From IMG/VR virus record IMGVR_UViG_3300027759_000109, positions 1 to 57,002 of that record: 57,002 nucleotides of DNA; one strand, given 5' to 3'. A program made the position numbers and the translations under genes. Position 1 is the stretch's first letter. Every line of letters starts with the position of its first letter. The stretch comes from a virus. Taxonomy: Duplodnaviria; Caudoviricetes. Shown here one piece after another: positions 7,711-17,541 of the stretch. Below the pieces are notes generated by a model. That model did no database searches and was not told where the DNA came from. It was given only the letters and a program-made list of their open reading frames with translations.

Positions 7711-8259
7711 TTATCCTACGATAGATACTCCAGCGAATACTGATGAAAGTGCTCCTGTAATAACATTTGCTGGGTTTGGTTCTTGACCTGTGAAAATCAA
7801 TTCAAAACCGTTTCTATCACCATATGCTGTACCAGTTGCTGCTGAGCCACCTGATAAGTACATTCCGTTTACTTGACCTAAGTAATATTGTGTATCATTT
7901 TGGTCAATTGCAATAATTTCCATTGCATCATTTTGACCTAAGATTAACAATTGGTTTCTCTTATCTTGGTCGTACTTATACAAAATTGCTGTAAGTACTT
8001 GCTCATAAAATATAGTTCCGTTTTCAAAATTCTTTGTAGTATTTTGTGATAAAGAACTTGTATTTCTTTTTAATTCAAAGCCGTAAAGTACGGTTGAAGA
8101 TGCTGATGTTGCTCCGGTAATTGATCCTGATGCGTTAAAGGTTAAACCTGTAACACCACCATTTGTAGTACCTGAACCGCCTACGATGTATATTTTTTTA
8201 ATACCACCGATACCATCACTACACCCTAACGCTACCCCACTTGATAAATAACATGACAT
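7711..8259 (-). CDS. Major tail tube protein
   Basis: C..GIGGIKKIY, ENGTIFYEQ, TGTAYGDRNGFELIFTGQE motifs; directly downstream of MCP. Confidence 0.7.
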   Translation of the reverse strand: MSCYLSSGVALGCSDGIGGIKKIYIVGGSGTTNGGVTGLTFNASGSITGATSASSTVLYGFELKRNTSSLSQNTTKNFENGTIFYEQVLTAILYKYDQDKRNQLLILGQNDAMEIIAIDQNDTQYYLGQVNGMYLSGGSAATGTAYGDRNGFELIFTGQEPNPANVITGALSSVFAGVSIVG

Positions 8260-8294
8260 GATTTATATGTTTAATTTTTTTGTTTATGTTTTTT

Positions 8295-8320
8295 AAAAGG
8301 GGGATTTTACACCCCCTTTA
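8295..8320 (-). terminator. Intrinsic terminator after MCP
   Basis: AAAGGGGG..CCCCCTTT hairpin; equivalent at ~40779-40804. Confidence 0.6.
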
Positions 8321-8330
8321 ATATTTTTAA

Positions 8331-9293
8331 TTACGATAATCCGTTAGTTGCGAAGTAAGCAGTTGAACCAAACTTGGCGATTGTTACACCGTAGTTGTAG
8401 TTTGCTCTCAAACGTAACTCATCAAAATCTTTTGAGTACCAGATTACTAATTTCTCGTGGTCAGACAATAAGTCAAAACCTACAACGATATACTCACGTG
8501 GTCCGATTACTACTTGATTAGAACCGTTCAAACCAATGGTTGGAACAACCTTTACGTTTGTATTTGGTGCTGTGGCTTCCATCATAGAAGTTACATCAGT
8601 ACCACCGATATAGTTTTGGAAGTAGTTGGCGGTTGTTAAAGCCTGTACATATAATCTAAAGTTAGAGTAAGACATAAACACAACTAAGTCTTCACGAGAC
8701 ATTGCGTTGTCATCCAATACGTTGATTAATTTATTTACCTCAAAAATAGGATTACCTGCTGTAGTTGTTGAACCTGTACTAGTAAATGTAGAACCACTTG
8801 AAGATGCTACACCTGTTTGACCTGATGCAATTAAAGTCTTCAAACCATTGAAACAAGATGATCCAGTGGTTGCTTGCCATAATTGTTGTTCAATTCTTTG
8901 TTGGATTTGTTTAACTTTTAACTCAGCAATTTGTTGTTCAAACGGAACAGATTCTTGAGTTTGACCTGGTGCCATTAACATTGACTGATAAGTGTCAAAA
9001 AGATCTTTGTAACATAATGCTTCATTGTACTTCTCAGGACAAGTTGTAATGTTTGATTGAGTGAAGGTAGTTGTACCTGATGGAGACCATCCGCAAGTAC
9101 CGTCTTGGAAATAAGCTGTAGAGTTTAAAAGGTTCAATGCTTGAGTACCTTTAATACCTAATCTTACGTTTGCGTAACGAGCAGTTGTTCCACCGATTAA
9201 CGCCTTTGAAAGTAATTCACCACCTACTTGGTCAACGTAACTACCGATTGTTGCTACGTCATAAGCGAATTGTTCTTTTGATAAAATTTTCAT
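8331..9293 (-). CDS. Major capsid protein
   Basis: 320 aa, strongly biased codons, follows scaffold/protease; CGWSPSGTTTFTQ..EALC.KDL motif. Confidence 0.8.
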   Translation of the reverse strand: MKILSKEQFAYDVATIGSYVDQVGGELLSKALIGGTTARYANVRLGIKGTQALNLLNSTAYFQDGTCGWSPSGTTTFTQSNITTCPEKYNEALCYKDLFDTYQSMLMAPGQTQESVPFEQQIAELKVKQIQQRIEQQLWQATTGSSCFNGLKTLIASGQTGVASSSGSTFTSTGSTTTAGNPIFEVNKLINVLDDNAMSREDLVVFMSYSNFRLYVQALTTANYFQNYIGGTDVTSMMEATAPNTNVKVVPTIGLNGSNQVVIGPREYIVVGFDLLSDHEKLVIWYSKDFDELRLRANYNYGVTIAKFGSTAYFATNGLS

Positions 9294-9310
9294 AATTATT
9301 TTATTTTTTT

Positions 9311-10057
9311 TTATTTGTTATTTTTTCTTAATTCAGCAATCATATCTAATTTAGATTGAAGTGCGTCATCATTATTGTTTATTGATTTATTAAAATCAGT
9401 TTTACCGTTGGCAATCTTTTTTGCTGCTGGTTCTTTTTTGAATGAGTTAAAGTCAGAAGATAATGAAGACATTTGTTCTTCCATCTTTTTTACTTTGTCA
9501 CCCATTTGGTAGATAAACTCTTTTAACATATCTAACATATCCTTTTCCATATATTCTTTAGATACTTCAATCTCTACTTCAGGTTTTTCACCTTCTTTAA
9601 GGTCGTCTACTACCTCTTCAACTTTTGCGATAATACCGTCTTTGGTTTCAACTTTAGTTCCGTCCTCAAGTTCATGTACTCCATCGGGTGCAGGAATTTC
9701 TGCATCTTCTGTAACTACTATAACTTTGGCTCCTTCTACTAAACTATCACCTGAAACTTTTACTACAGTTCCATCGGCTAACTTTGCGTCAAGGAAAATT
9801 TCCTTTACTGTTTCAATTTTTCCGTCTTTAACTTCTATTTCAAAGTTTTCAACTAGTCTGAATGAACCATTTTCTAATGCAACACGCTCAAACTGATCAT
9901 TAATTTTGGTGATTTCCTCACCTTGAATTAAATCTTTTGTTTCAAGTATTGTATTATCTTCCAATTTGAAAGACTTTAAAGTAGGTTGTTCAGCCATAAA
10001 TCCAAATTGAACCATTAATTTTTTAATCTCTTGAATGGCGTTTTTAGAATTTGACAT
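9311..10057 (-). CDS. Capsid scaffolding protein
   Basis: Acidic, APDGVHELEDGT repeats, C-terminal coiled coil; lies between protease and MCP. Confidence 0.7.
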   Translation of the reverse strand: MSNSKNAIQEIKKLMVQFGFMAEQPTLKSFKLEDNTILETKDLIQGEEITKINDQFERVALENGSFRLVENFEIEVKDGKIETVKEIFLDAKLADGTVVKVSGDSLVEGAKVIVVTEDAEIPAPDGVHELEDGTKVETKDGIIAKVEEVVDDLKEGEKPEVEIEVSKEYMEKDMLDMLKEFIYQMGDKVKKMEEQMSSLSSDFNSFKKEPAAKKIANGKTDFNKSINNNDDALQSKLDMIAELRKNNK

Positions 10058-10131
10058 AATTTGTTTTTAATTTTATTTATTATTTCTCTAACTATATATA
10101 TAAAATGTAATATATATTACCAGATTTATTT

Positions 10132-11934
10132 TTATTCTTTAATATTCTTCAATATTTCACTTACTTTATATAGGAACATTTCTTCTTTGGTGAACGCTTT
10201 AACTTCCTCAAAAAATCCTGAGACCGAGAAACCATTTAGACCACCATTTTTAATTTTATCCCATACTTGGTCATTCTTAACCTTCATAGATACAAACCAC
10301 GTTCCTATTGGTAATTCGGAATAACCGTATTTGTTGCTCTTGTCCTCTATATCATCTTTAATCCAAGATTCAATTACATATACATCTTTTACCGCTTTAC
10401 CGTCATGATTTTCATCATTATTGTCTATGTACTTGTTTCTCATGTATTTTTCAGCAATCATCTTGATAGTTTCAGCGCTGAAGAAAACATAATAAGGATT
10501 ACCTAAGGCGTCTTTTCTGAATATATTTAAATCAGGAACCATTGCAGGTCCAACAACTATTCTTTTTTCTTCGTTCTCAACTTGGAAATGTTGTTTTGAC
10601 ATTTGTTTCTTTTCAAATGAATTGATTTTTGATTCAGCCCAAGATAGTGCTGATAGTCCACCCCAACTGTCGTACATCAATTTTCCACAACCATCATCGT
10701 ATGATTTAGAACTTTCCAAATCTACCTTATGTCTTGATAAGTAACTATACATACGCTGTATTGTGTCTTCAGATATAGGATTACCTTGTGCTAAATCGTT
10801 TGCACGACCTTTACCCACGTCAGTTCCACAGTCTCCCCAACCATTCTCCTCAACGTATTTAAGAACCGCCTGAGCATTGTTCTTAACACTATCAGGATAA
10901 TCAGAATAACTTTCAAACATCGTTGGTTTTGTTAATGACTTTGAGATAGTATTACCTGTTTGACCTGTCTTAACGCCAGGATCAACATAACCACCAATAC
11001 CACCAACATCATAACCCATATCATATTCAGATGCATTGTCATAACCACATTTGTTACACATATATGGTTTATCACCACCATCTTCCATATTCCAACTATG
11101 TTCACATTTTTTACATTCAATAACCTTTTGTTCTAACTCATCTTCATGATATAAATAAACACTATCTTCTGTATGAACAGCTCCTGTCATTAATCTACCA
11201 TCAGCGTCTTTATGTGTAGGACCTTCGTACAATTTACCATCTTCTGTATAATGTGGTACACCTACTTCAAATCCTTCTTTTGTAAATATGAATGATGGAT
11301 GTTCATCAACCGTTGTTTTAGGTTGAGGGTATCCTAATACGTTTATATCCAATCCTGTGTCCACTCTTCCCTTTCTATCAGATGATTTGATGTTTATATC
11401 AGTTCCTCTTCTATAAGTGATTTTAGACCACAAATGACGACAATTATATCCACCTCTCCATACCATTGCTGGTGAACCCTCATCGTTGGTAATATTCTCA
11501 ATATCTTCAATACGAAATACCCAATTCTTTACCACAAGGTCTCTACAAAAATCTCTTGTTGTTTCTTTGATAGGAGAACCTGGTGCCTTAGGATTAAGGA
11601 TATATTTGTATCTAATTAGATATTGGTCAGTATCCTCAAATGATGGTGCGTTTGGATTTGCGTCAATAAAGTTTTCTTTATTGTTATATTCGGTTTTGTA
11701 AACTTCCCAACCATCGTTTAATAATTCTTCTTCATTCTGTCCTTTATCTAAGAACTTTTCCAAATAGATTTTATCTTCTCCTTCAGGAATGTGAAATTCT
11801 TGAGGTTTAACTTTGTTAAAGAACATCCAATTAATTTCAATTGCTGGTTCGTCAACAAGGGAAATACTATCAATTCCAGATAATTCATCATCTTCTTCTA
11901 TTTTAAGTTCAAAAACTTTGTCTTTTCTTATCAT
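10132..11934 (-). CDS. XkdF-like prohead serine protease with inserted modules
   Basis: N-terminal ISLVDEPAIE; C-terminal EKRIVVGPAMVPD..ESWI..GTWFVSMKV..GFSVSG. Confidence 0.8.
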   Translation of the reverse strand: MIRKDKVFELKIEEDDELSGIDSISLVDEPAIEINWMFFNKVKPQEFHIPEGEDKIYLEKFLDKGQNEEELLNDGWEVYKTEYNNKENFIDANPNAPSFEDTDQYLIRYKYILNPKAPGSPIKETTRDFCRDLVVKNWVFRIEDIENITNDEGSPAMVWRGGYNCRHLWSKITYRRGTDINIKSSDRKGRVDTGLDINVLGYPQPKTTVDEHPSFIFTKEGFEVGVPHYTEDGKLYEGPTHKDADGRLMTGAVHTEDSVYLYHEDELEQKVIECKKCEHSWNMEDGGDKPYMCNKCGYDNASEYDMGYDVGGIGGYVDPGVKTGQTGNTISKSLTKPTMFESYSDYPDSVKNNAQAVLKYVEENGWGDCGTDVGKGRANDLAQGNPISEDTIQRMYSYLSRHKVDLESSKSYDDGCGKLMYDSWGGLSALSWAESKINSFEKKQMSKQHFQVENEEKRIVVGPAMVPDLNIFRKDALGNPYYVFFSAETIKMIAEKYMRNKYIDNNDENHDGKAVKDVYVIESWIKDDIEDKSNKYGYSELPIGTWFVSMKVKNDQVWDKIKNGGLNGFSVSGFFEEVKAFTKEEMFLYKVSEILKNIKE

Positions 11935-11960
11935 AATATTAAATATATAAAATTATAGAG

Positions 11961-14909
11961 TTATAATGTACTTAAGTCCTTAAGACGGGCTTGTTTTTCC
12001 ATTTCACTCTTCATGTCACTTGACACTACATATGTCTTCATAACTAATGGTTGTCTATCTTGTGCCACATTTTGAACACTTGGATTATCAAATCTTGATG
12101 ACCCCGCTGCTCCTGGCATAAACGATGCTCCACCACCATATTGGTTCATTGCTGACAACATCGGACCAAACATGGATACAGCTCCTCTTGTCATTACTGC
12201 CTCACCACCTTCAGCGTTAATCATAACACCACCTGCTGCTGATTTATGAGATGGTCCATCAATCATACCACCATCACCGTAGTTTCTACCTAATGTATTT
12301 CCTTGTTGTTTTCCACCACTACCTCCACTTGCGTTAAATTCAGTTGATTTAATCTTACTGATTTGTACTGCCGTCATGATACCTAACGCCGCTGCGTTTG
12401 CTATCTTAACAATCCAATCAAATGGTGAAGGTAAAGTCGATGGTTGAGTTAATATTTGAATAATACCTGATGCTGCCGATAGTGCTGCCGTTGCAATTTG
12501 ATACTTTTTGTTTTGTTCAAACGCCTTCTTCCTATCCTCCATGGAGTTTTCTGTATTTTGAGATTCAAACTCATAGAAGGCTCCAATTGCACTAGTTAAA
12601 TTTGCCAGAGAATCCATCATTGCGGTTGCCACACCTGCGTATGCTTGAATTTTTTGATTCTGTAAATCCTTTAAATTTTTTGTATGTTCTCTTTCAATTA
12701 TCTCTATTTCCGCTGCGTTATCTCCTGCCGCTTTAATTCTTGCCGCGTAAGATAAGTTTTCAGCATCTTCAAGGTCTCTAAACATTTGACCATACAATTT
12801 CTTCTCTGTTTCCGCTCTTCTTTCCAATAGTGATGCGATTGTATTAAGTTCGGATACATCAATCATGTTCATGTTCTTGGCGTGTTGTTTTGCTAACGCC
12901 TCCATAAATTCATAATTCTGTTCGTTTCCTCTTTTTTGTTCTTCGTATCTTGCGTTCTCAATGTCCCTTAATTTGTCATATGCCTCAGCGGAAACTTGGT
13001 ACATACCATCATATTCTAATTCAAGATTACTTCTAATATTACCTAATTCTTCTTTGTCTATGGCAAGTATTTTCTCCCATTGTTGTGTTCTTGCCTCTTC
13101 TTCTTTATCGTAATTACCATCAGCAAGTTTAAAATCTTTTTCTAATTCTAAAGTTGCTAAATCACGTTTTCTTTGATAAAAATCTTTACTGTTTGAAAGT
13201 TCTTCTCTTAAGTTTCTATTTTCTTCATTTATTTTTTGTTGCATTATCCATGCGGCATATTGAAGTTCTTGTTTTCTTTCATTTTCTACCGCCACAGCCA
13301 TTTCTGCCGCCTGTTTCTCTTTTAATTTTAATTCTGTACCACCAGCAAGTCTTATTTCTTCTAATTCCTTTCTATGTTGTTCTTTTAATGTATTAATTGC
13401 GAAAGTGGCTTTTTGAAGATTACGTGCTTCTTCATTTTTAAGAAGTTCGGTACTTAATTCTAATATTTGATTACTTCTCTCAATTATTGCCGCAGTATCT
13501 TCTCTTCTGAATTGTCTATCTAATTTTTGTAATTCGGCATTACTTGATGCTTTAATTTTAACTTTTTGATCCTGTAAATATTTAACGTTTTCTTTTTCAT
13601 CGTTAATTGATTGATTTAATGCTGCTATTGTTTCTGCTCTTCTTTTCCTTTCTTCGTCTGAACCTTGGTTTGCTATGGCTTGAATTTGTTCTTGTAAAGC
13701 CATCATTCTAATAATCCTACCATTTGCTCCCTTAATCTCACTATTTGCTAACTCTTCTTCTGTTACCTTTTGTATTTCTAATGTTTGTTTTTGTGTATAA
13801 CGTTCATTATCAATACCTTTTAATGTATTTTCTTTATCTAATTTTGTTAATTCAATATCTCTATCTCTTTTGATTTTATCATATTTCTTCTGTAATAAAT
13901 CCTTTTCAATGTAATATAATGCGTCTAATTCAAGTATTTCAGTATTTTTATCGTCTACCGACATTTTCTCATCATCTAATACTGCCTTTCTTTTTTCATT
14001 ATATTTTTGTTGTAATTCTAATAAACCTCTATAATGTTCAGATAAAAAAGATGAATAATTGTCTAATGTCTTCTTTTGTCTATCTATTGACCTTTCTAAT
14101 TCAAGAGACATTTGTTTTGCTCCATTATTAACTCCACCAAACGCTGACGCTACAGCATTGATTGCTCCTGCCAATATATTAAGTGCCCCAACAACTACAT
14201 TTAATATAAAGTCGGTAACTGGTTTTAATGCGTTGAATAAGGCGCCAACTGCGTCTCCTACCGCGGCGAACGCGTTTTGAAGTGGTTTAAATGATTTGGC
14301 TGCGTCCATTACTGCCGATACTAAAGTAACCAATAAACCTACTAAGAAACCAACTAAACTGGTTTTTACTATTTTATCGAATGAACTAAATCCTAAACCC
14401 AAAGATTTGAACGCTGAAGTTGCGTTTTGTGAAACACTTTCAAATGTTTGTAAACCCTGACCAATCATTCCAATTGGACCAGGTATTTGTGCTAAGGTAT
14501 CGTCTAAATCTTGAGTACTTCTAACTAATCTTTCTTGAGCATCTCTTAACGATTTAATCTTCTTTTCATTATCTGCGTATTGTTGTGAGTTTTCCTTTCC
14601 TTGTTCCTCTAATGCTACTTGTGCTTTAGTTAATTCAGCAATCTGTGCTCTATATGATTTAACATCATTTTCACCATTCTTCAATTCATTATCAAAATCA
14701 CCAACGGATTTTCTTGCCTCTTTCCATGCCTTATCTGCCGCCTTAATCTCAGCGTTAAGGACCTTATAACGAGGGTCATTTAATGGTAGTGCTTGTAAGT
14801 CTTTCTTGGCTTCTTTAACTACCTTATCAAAATCTTTGAATGATATTTTTGCTAGGTCTAATTGTTTACCGTTAACCTTAATATCAAAATTTATATCTTT
14901 TGTGGCCAT
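11961..14909 (-). CDS. Tape measure protein
   Basis: 982 aa, long helical/coiled-coil with hydrophobic segments; C-terminal GGMIDGPSH..AEGGEAV. Confidence 0.85.
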   Translation of the reverse strand: MATKDINFDIKVNGKQLDLAKISFKDFDKVVKEAKKDLQALPLNDPRYKVLNAEIKAADKAWKEARKSVGDFDNELKNGENDVKSYRAQIAELTKAQVALEEQGKENSQQYADNEKKIKSLRDAQERLVRSTQDLDDTLAQIPGPIGMIGQGLQTFESVSQNATSAFKSLGLGFSSFDKIVKTSLVGFLVGLLVTLVSAVMDAAKSFKPLQNAFAAVGDAVGALFNALKPVTDFILNVVVGALNILAGAINAVASAFGGVNNGAKQMSLELERSIDRQKKTLDNYSSFLSEHYRGLLELQQKYNEKRKAVLDDEKMSVDDKNTEILELDALYYIEKDLLQKKYDKIKRDRDIELTKLDKENTLKGIDNERYTQKQTLEIQKVTEEELANSEIKGANGRIIRMMALQEQIQAIANQGSDEERKRRAETIAALNQSINDEKENVKYLQDQKVKIKASSNAELQKLDRQFRREDTAAIIERSNQILELSTELLKNEEARNLQKATFAINTLKEQHRKELEEIRLAGGTELKLKEKQAAEMAVAVENERKQELQYAAWIMQQKINEENRNLREELSNSKDFYQRKRDLATLELEKDFKLADGNYDKEEEARTQQWEKILAIDKEELGNIRSNLELEYDGMYQVSAEAYDKLRDIENARYEEQKRGNEQNYEFMEALAKQHAKNMNMIDVSELNTIASLLERRAETEKKLYGQMFRDLEDAENLSYAARIKAAGDNAAEIEIIEREHTKNLKDLQNQKIQAYAGVATAMMDSLANLTSAIGAFYEFESQNTENSMEDRKKAFEQNKKYQIATAALSAASGIIQILTQPSTLPSPFDWIVKIANAAALGIMTAVQISKIKSTEFNASGGSGGKQQGNTLGRNYGDGGMIDGPSHKSAAGGVMINAEGGEAVMTRGAVSMFGPMLSAMNQYGGGASFMPGAAGSSRFDNPSVQNVAQDRQPLVMKTYVVSSDMKSEMEKQARLKDLSTL

Positions 14910-14921
14910 ATTCTATTTTTT

Positions 14922-15929
14922 TTAACAAATTCCTGCTATTGATACATTTGGGAATCCTGTATAACTTAATGTTCCGTCTTTAACACATCCGGTAAGTGTT
15001 TGTGAGTATGCCATAATTGTTCCACCCACAGAACTATTTTCACAATCTAAACCACTCCAATAGACTTCGTATCCATTTGAAGTGTTATCAATAATCCATG
15101 ATGTTGATTCACAAGGTCCTGGTGTTGGAGTTGGAGTTGGTGTTGGAGTTGGTGGTAAACCACTACATGTTGTTCCACAATTGGTTATTGTAAACGATGC
15201 TACGTCCGCAAATGGGAAACCTGGTGTAATTGAACTACATATTGCACATTCTGTTATGGTATAAGTTCCTGTTGTGGATACAAATACATAATAATCATCA
15301 CCATTTGTTTGACTATCATATTTAATCCAACCAGTATCTGTTACGTTTAATGTTGCTCCACTTTGATATACCGTTGGTGTCGGAGTTGGTGTAGGTGGAC
15401 CTGGTGTCGGTGTTGGCGTAACTGGTGTTGGAGTCGGAGTTACTGGTGGTGTAATAGTACTTATTACAATATTTTGACATATGGGATAGACCGCTCTTTT
15501 TCCAATAAATCTAACTTCAAAATAATATGTTCCATTACTAAATTGGGATAAACCAAAGTCTGATGGTAATACAGTAATTCCCGCAATCGTTCCTGAAAAA
15601 GATGTTGAACCTGTTGATGAGCTACTTTGTGAATTTATCGTTCTCCATGGTTTAAAATATTCTTGACCTGCCGCCATCATATGAAGTGTGAATATAGATA
15701 CATTACCACTTTGTCTTAAGAATATTTCAGCATTATTTTTTGACCATGTATAACCTAAACTAAAGGTTAATGCTGAATAACTTATAGTTGTTGCGCTTAA
15801 ACTAACTACCGTTCCACTTACACTATTTTCATTAATATCATGAATAATCTCTGTATCATATTCAGTTAAATCGTAATTTGGATATACGAAATTTTGATTA
15901 TCAATTTGTTTTATATACTTTCTTCCCAT
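14922..15929 (-). CDS. Tail-associated protein with Pro-Thr linkers
   Basis: 335 aa, two PT tracts; homologue at 47147..48145. Confidence 0.6.
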   Translation of the reverse strand: MGRKYIKQIDNQNFVYPNYDLTEYDTEIIHDINENSVSGTVVSLSATTISYSALTFSLGYTWSKNNAEIFLRQSGNVSIFTLHMMAAGQEYFKPWRTINSQSSSSTGSTSFSGTIAGITVLPSDFGLSQFSNGTYYFEVRFIGKRAVYPICQNIVISTITPPVTPTPTPVTPTPTPGPPTPTPTPTVYQSGATLNVTDTGWIKYDSQTNGDDYYVFVSTTGTYTITECAICSSITPGFPFADVASFTITNCGTTCSGLPPTPTPTPTPTPGPCESTSWIIDNTSNGYEVYWSGLDCENSSVGGTIMAYSQTLTGCVKDGTLSYTGFPNVSIAGIC

Positions 15930-15977
15930 ATTATTAAATATATTTTTTCTCTATATCAGTTCCCAAATTATTCATTA

Positions 15978-17522
15978 TTAACATATATTCTCAGTTCCAT
16001 CAGAAAATAATCTAATAAAATGATTGGCAGATAAACCTCTATATGTATTAAATTGACCACCAACATATATTCTATCTGTTAAATCATCATTATGTACCCT
16101 ATAAGTTGTACTATTAAATCCTGTTAATGTGGTTAACGTACTATCTACTGAACCATCTGAATTTAATCTTACTAATCCATTTCTTGTATTTCCATTCCAC
16201 GTACTAAAAGGTCCTACAACTAATATTTTACCGTCAGGTAGGATGTCAAATGATTCTACCCATGCGTTACTTCCTGTTCCAATATTAAATGATGTGTCTA
16301 TTGTACCATTACTATTTAATCTTATCAAGTCGTTAACGGATACTCCACTATATTTTGAGAATGTTCCACCAACAATAATCTTATCGTCAGGTTGAACCCT
16401 TACAAAGTAGTTTGCGGTATTTGTTGAACCTGAAAAACCTGAACCTGAGTTAAATGATGTATCAAGTGTACCATCACTATTAAACATGATAATATCTCTT
16501 GTAGTAACTCCACTATATGAAGTAAAATCACCAACGGCTACTATTTTTCCTGTACTTAAAACATCTACACTATAAATTTCATCTGTTATTGTATTAGGGG
16601 ATGTTCCAAATGTATTTAATACTGCTCCTGTTGAACTTAATTTATATATATCGGTTGCTGTAGTTCCTGTAATATAATTAAAATCACCAACTACAATCAT
16701 ACTACCATCTGATAATAATCTTATATCGTTAACTCTTTTACCTCCTGTAAAATTTGGAAAATTGGCATTAAAAGTATTATCAACGGAACCATCGGTATTT
16801 AATCTTATAATACCCGATATACTATTTCCATTATATCTATTGAATCTTCCACCAACAATAACTTTACCATCAGGTTGAACGATAATTGTACCTACATATG
16901 ATTTATAACCAGTATCTGTATAACTAAATCCTGTTCCGATATTGAATGAAGTATCTATATTACCAAATCTATTTGTTTTAACAAAGTTTCTTGATGCGTT
17001 CCCACTATAACCAGTAAAACTACCACCAACATATACATTTGAACTACTATCAGTTTGTATTGCTAAAACATAATCGGTTGTTCCTGATGGTGAAAATCCT
17101 ATTCCTAAATCATAACATGTAAACTCTTCATTACTAATAAGATATTCAAAATTATAACTACTTGAATTACCTGTAACTGTAAAAGTTATTCCTGATGTAG
17201 AACCAGAAGTTATATAACTTTGTTTTATACCCATATCACCATTCTCATCATCTCTAGTATAATCCAATCTGTTTACAGTTAGATATTCATTTACATTAAT
17301 TGGTGATCTACTAACCGTAATTGTATCATTAATATCTAAAAAAGTTGAATAAAGATTATCAATATTAGTATATTGTATTTTTGATGTAAGACTATTTTTT
17401 GTTACTTGTATATAAGGTGAACCAAAATCATACGGTAATTCATTGAACGTAACCATTAATGAACCAGAACTTAATTGTGGTTGTGTTATTCCCGATAATT
17501 GTATAATGTCTCTTTGTGGCAT
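15978..17522 (-). CDS. Delta-60-repeat beta-propeller tail/receptor-binding protein
   Basis: Repeated QPDGKVIVGG.F..Y....IIRLN.DG..D.SFN.G.GF units. Confidence 0.8.
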   Translation of the reverse strand: MPQRDIIQLSGITQPQLSSGSLMVTFNELPYDFGSPYIQVTKNSLTSKIQYTNIDNLYSTFLDINDTITVSRSPINVNEYLTVNRLDYTRDDENGDMGIKQSYITSGSTSGITFTVTGNSSSYNFEYLISNEEFTCYDLGIGFSPSGTTDYVLAIQTDSSSNVYVGGSFTGYSGNASRNFVKTNRFGNIDTSFNIGTGFSYTDTGYKSYVGTIIVQPDGKVIVGGRFNRYNGNSISGIIRLNTDGSVDNTFNANFPNFTGGKRVNDIRLLSDGSMIVVGDFNYITGTTATDIYKLSSTGAVLNTFGTSPNTITDEIYSVDVLSTGKIVAVGDFTSYSGVTTRDIIMFNSDGTLDTSFNSGSGFSGSTNTANYFVRVQPDDKIIVGGTFSKYSGVSVNDLIRLNSNGTIDTSFNIGTGSNAWVESFDILPDGKILVVGPFSTWNGNTRNGLVRLNSDGSVDSTLTTLTGFNSTTYRVHNDDLTDRIYVGGQFNTYRGLSANHFIRLFSDGTENIC

Positions 17523-17541
17523 TTTATTTATTAATTTTAAT

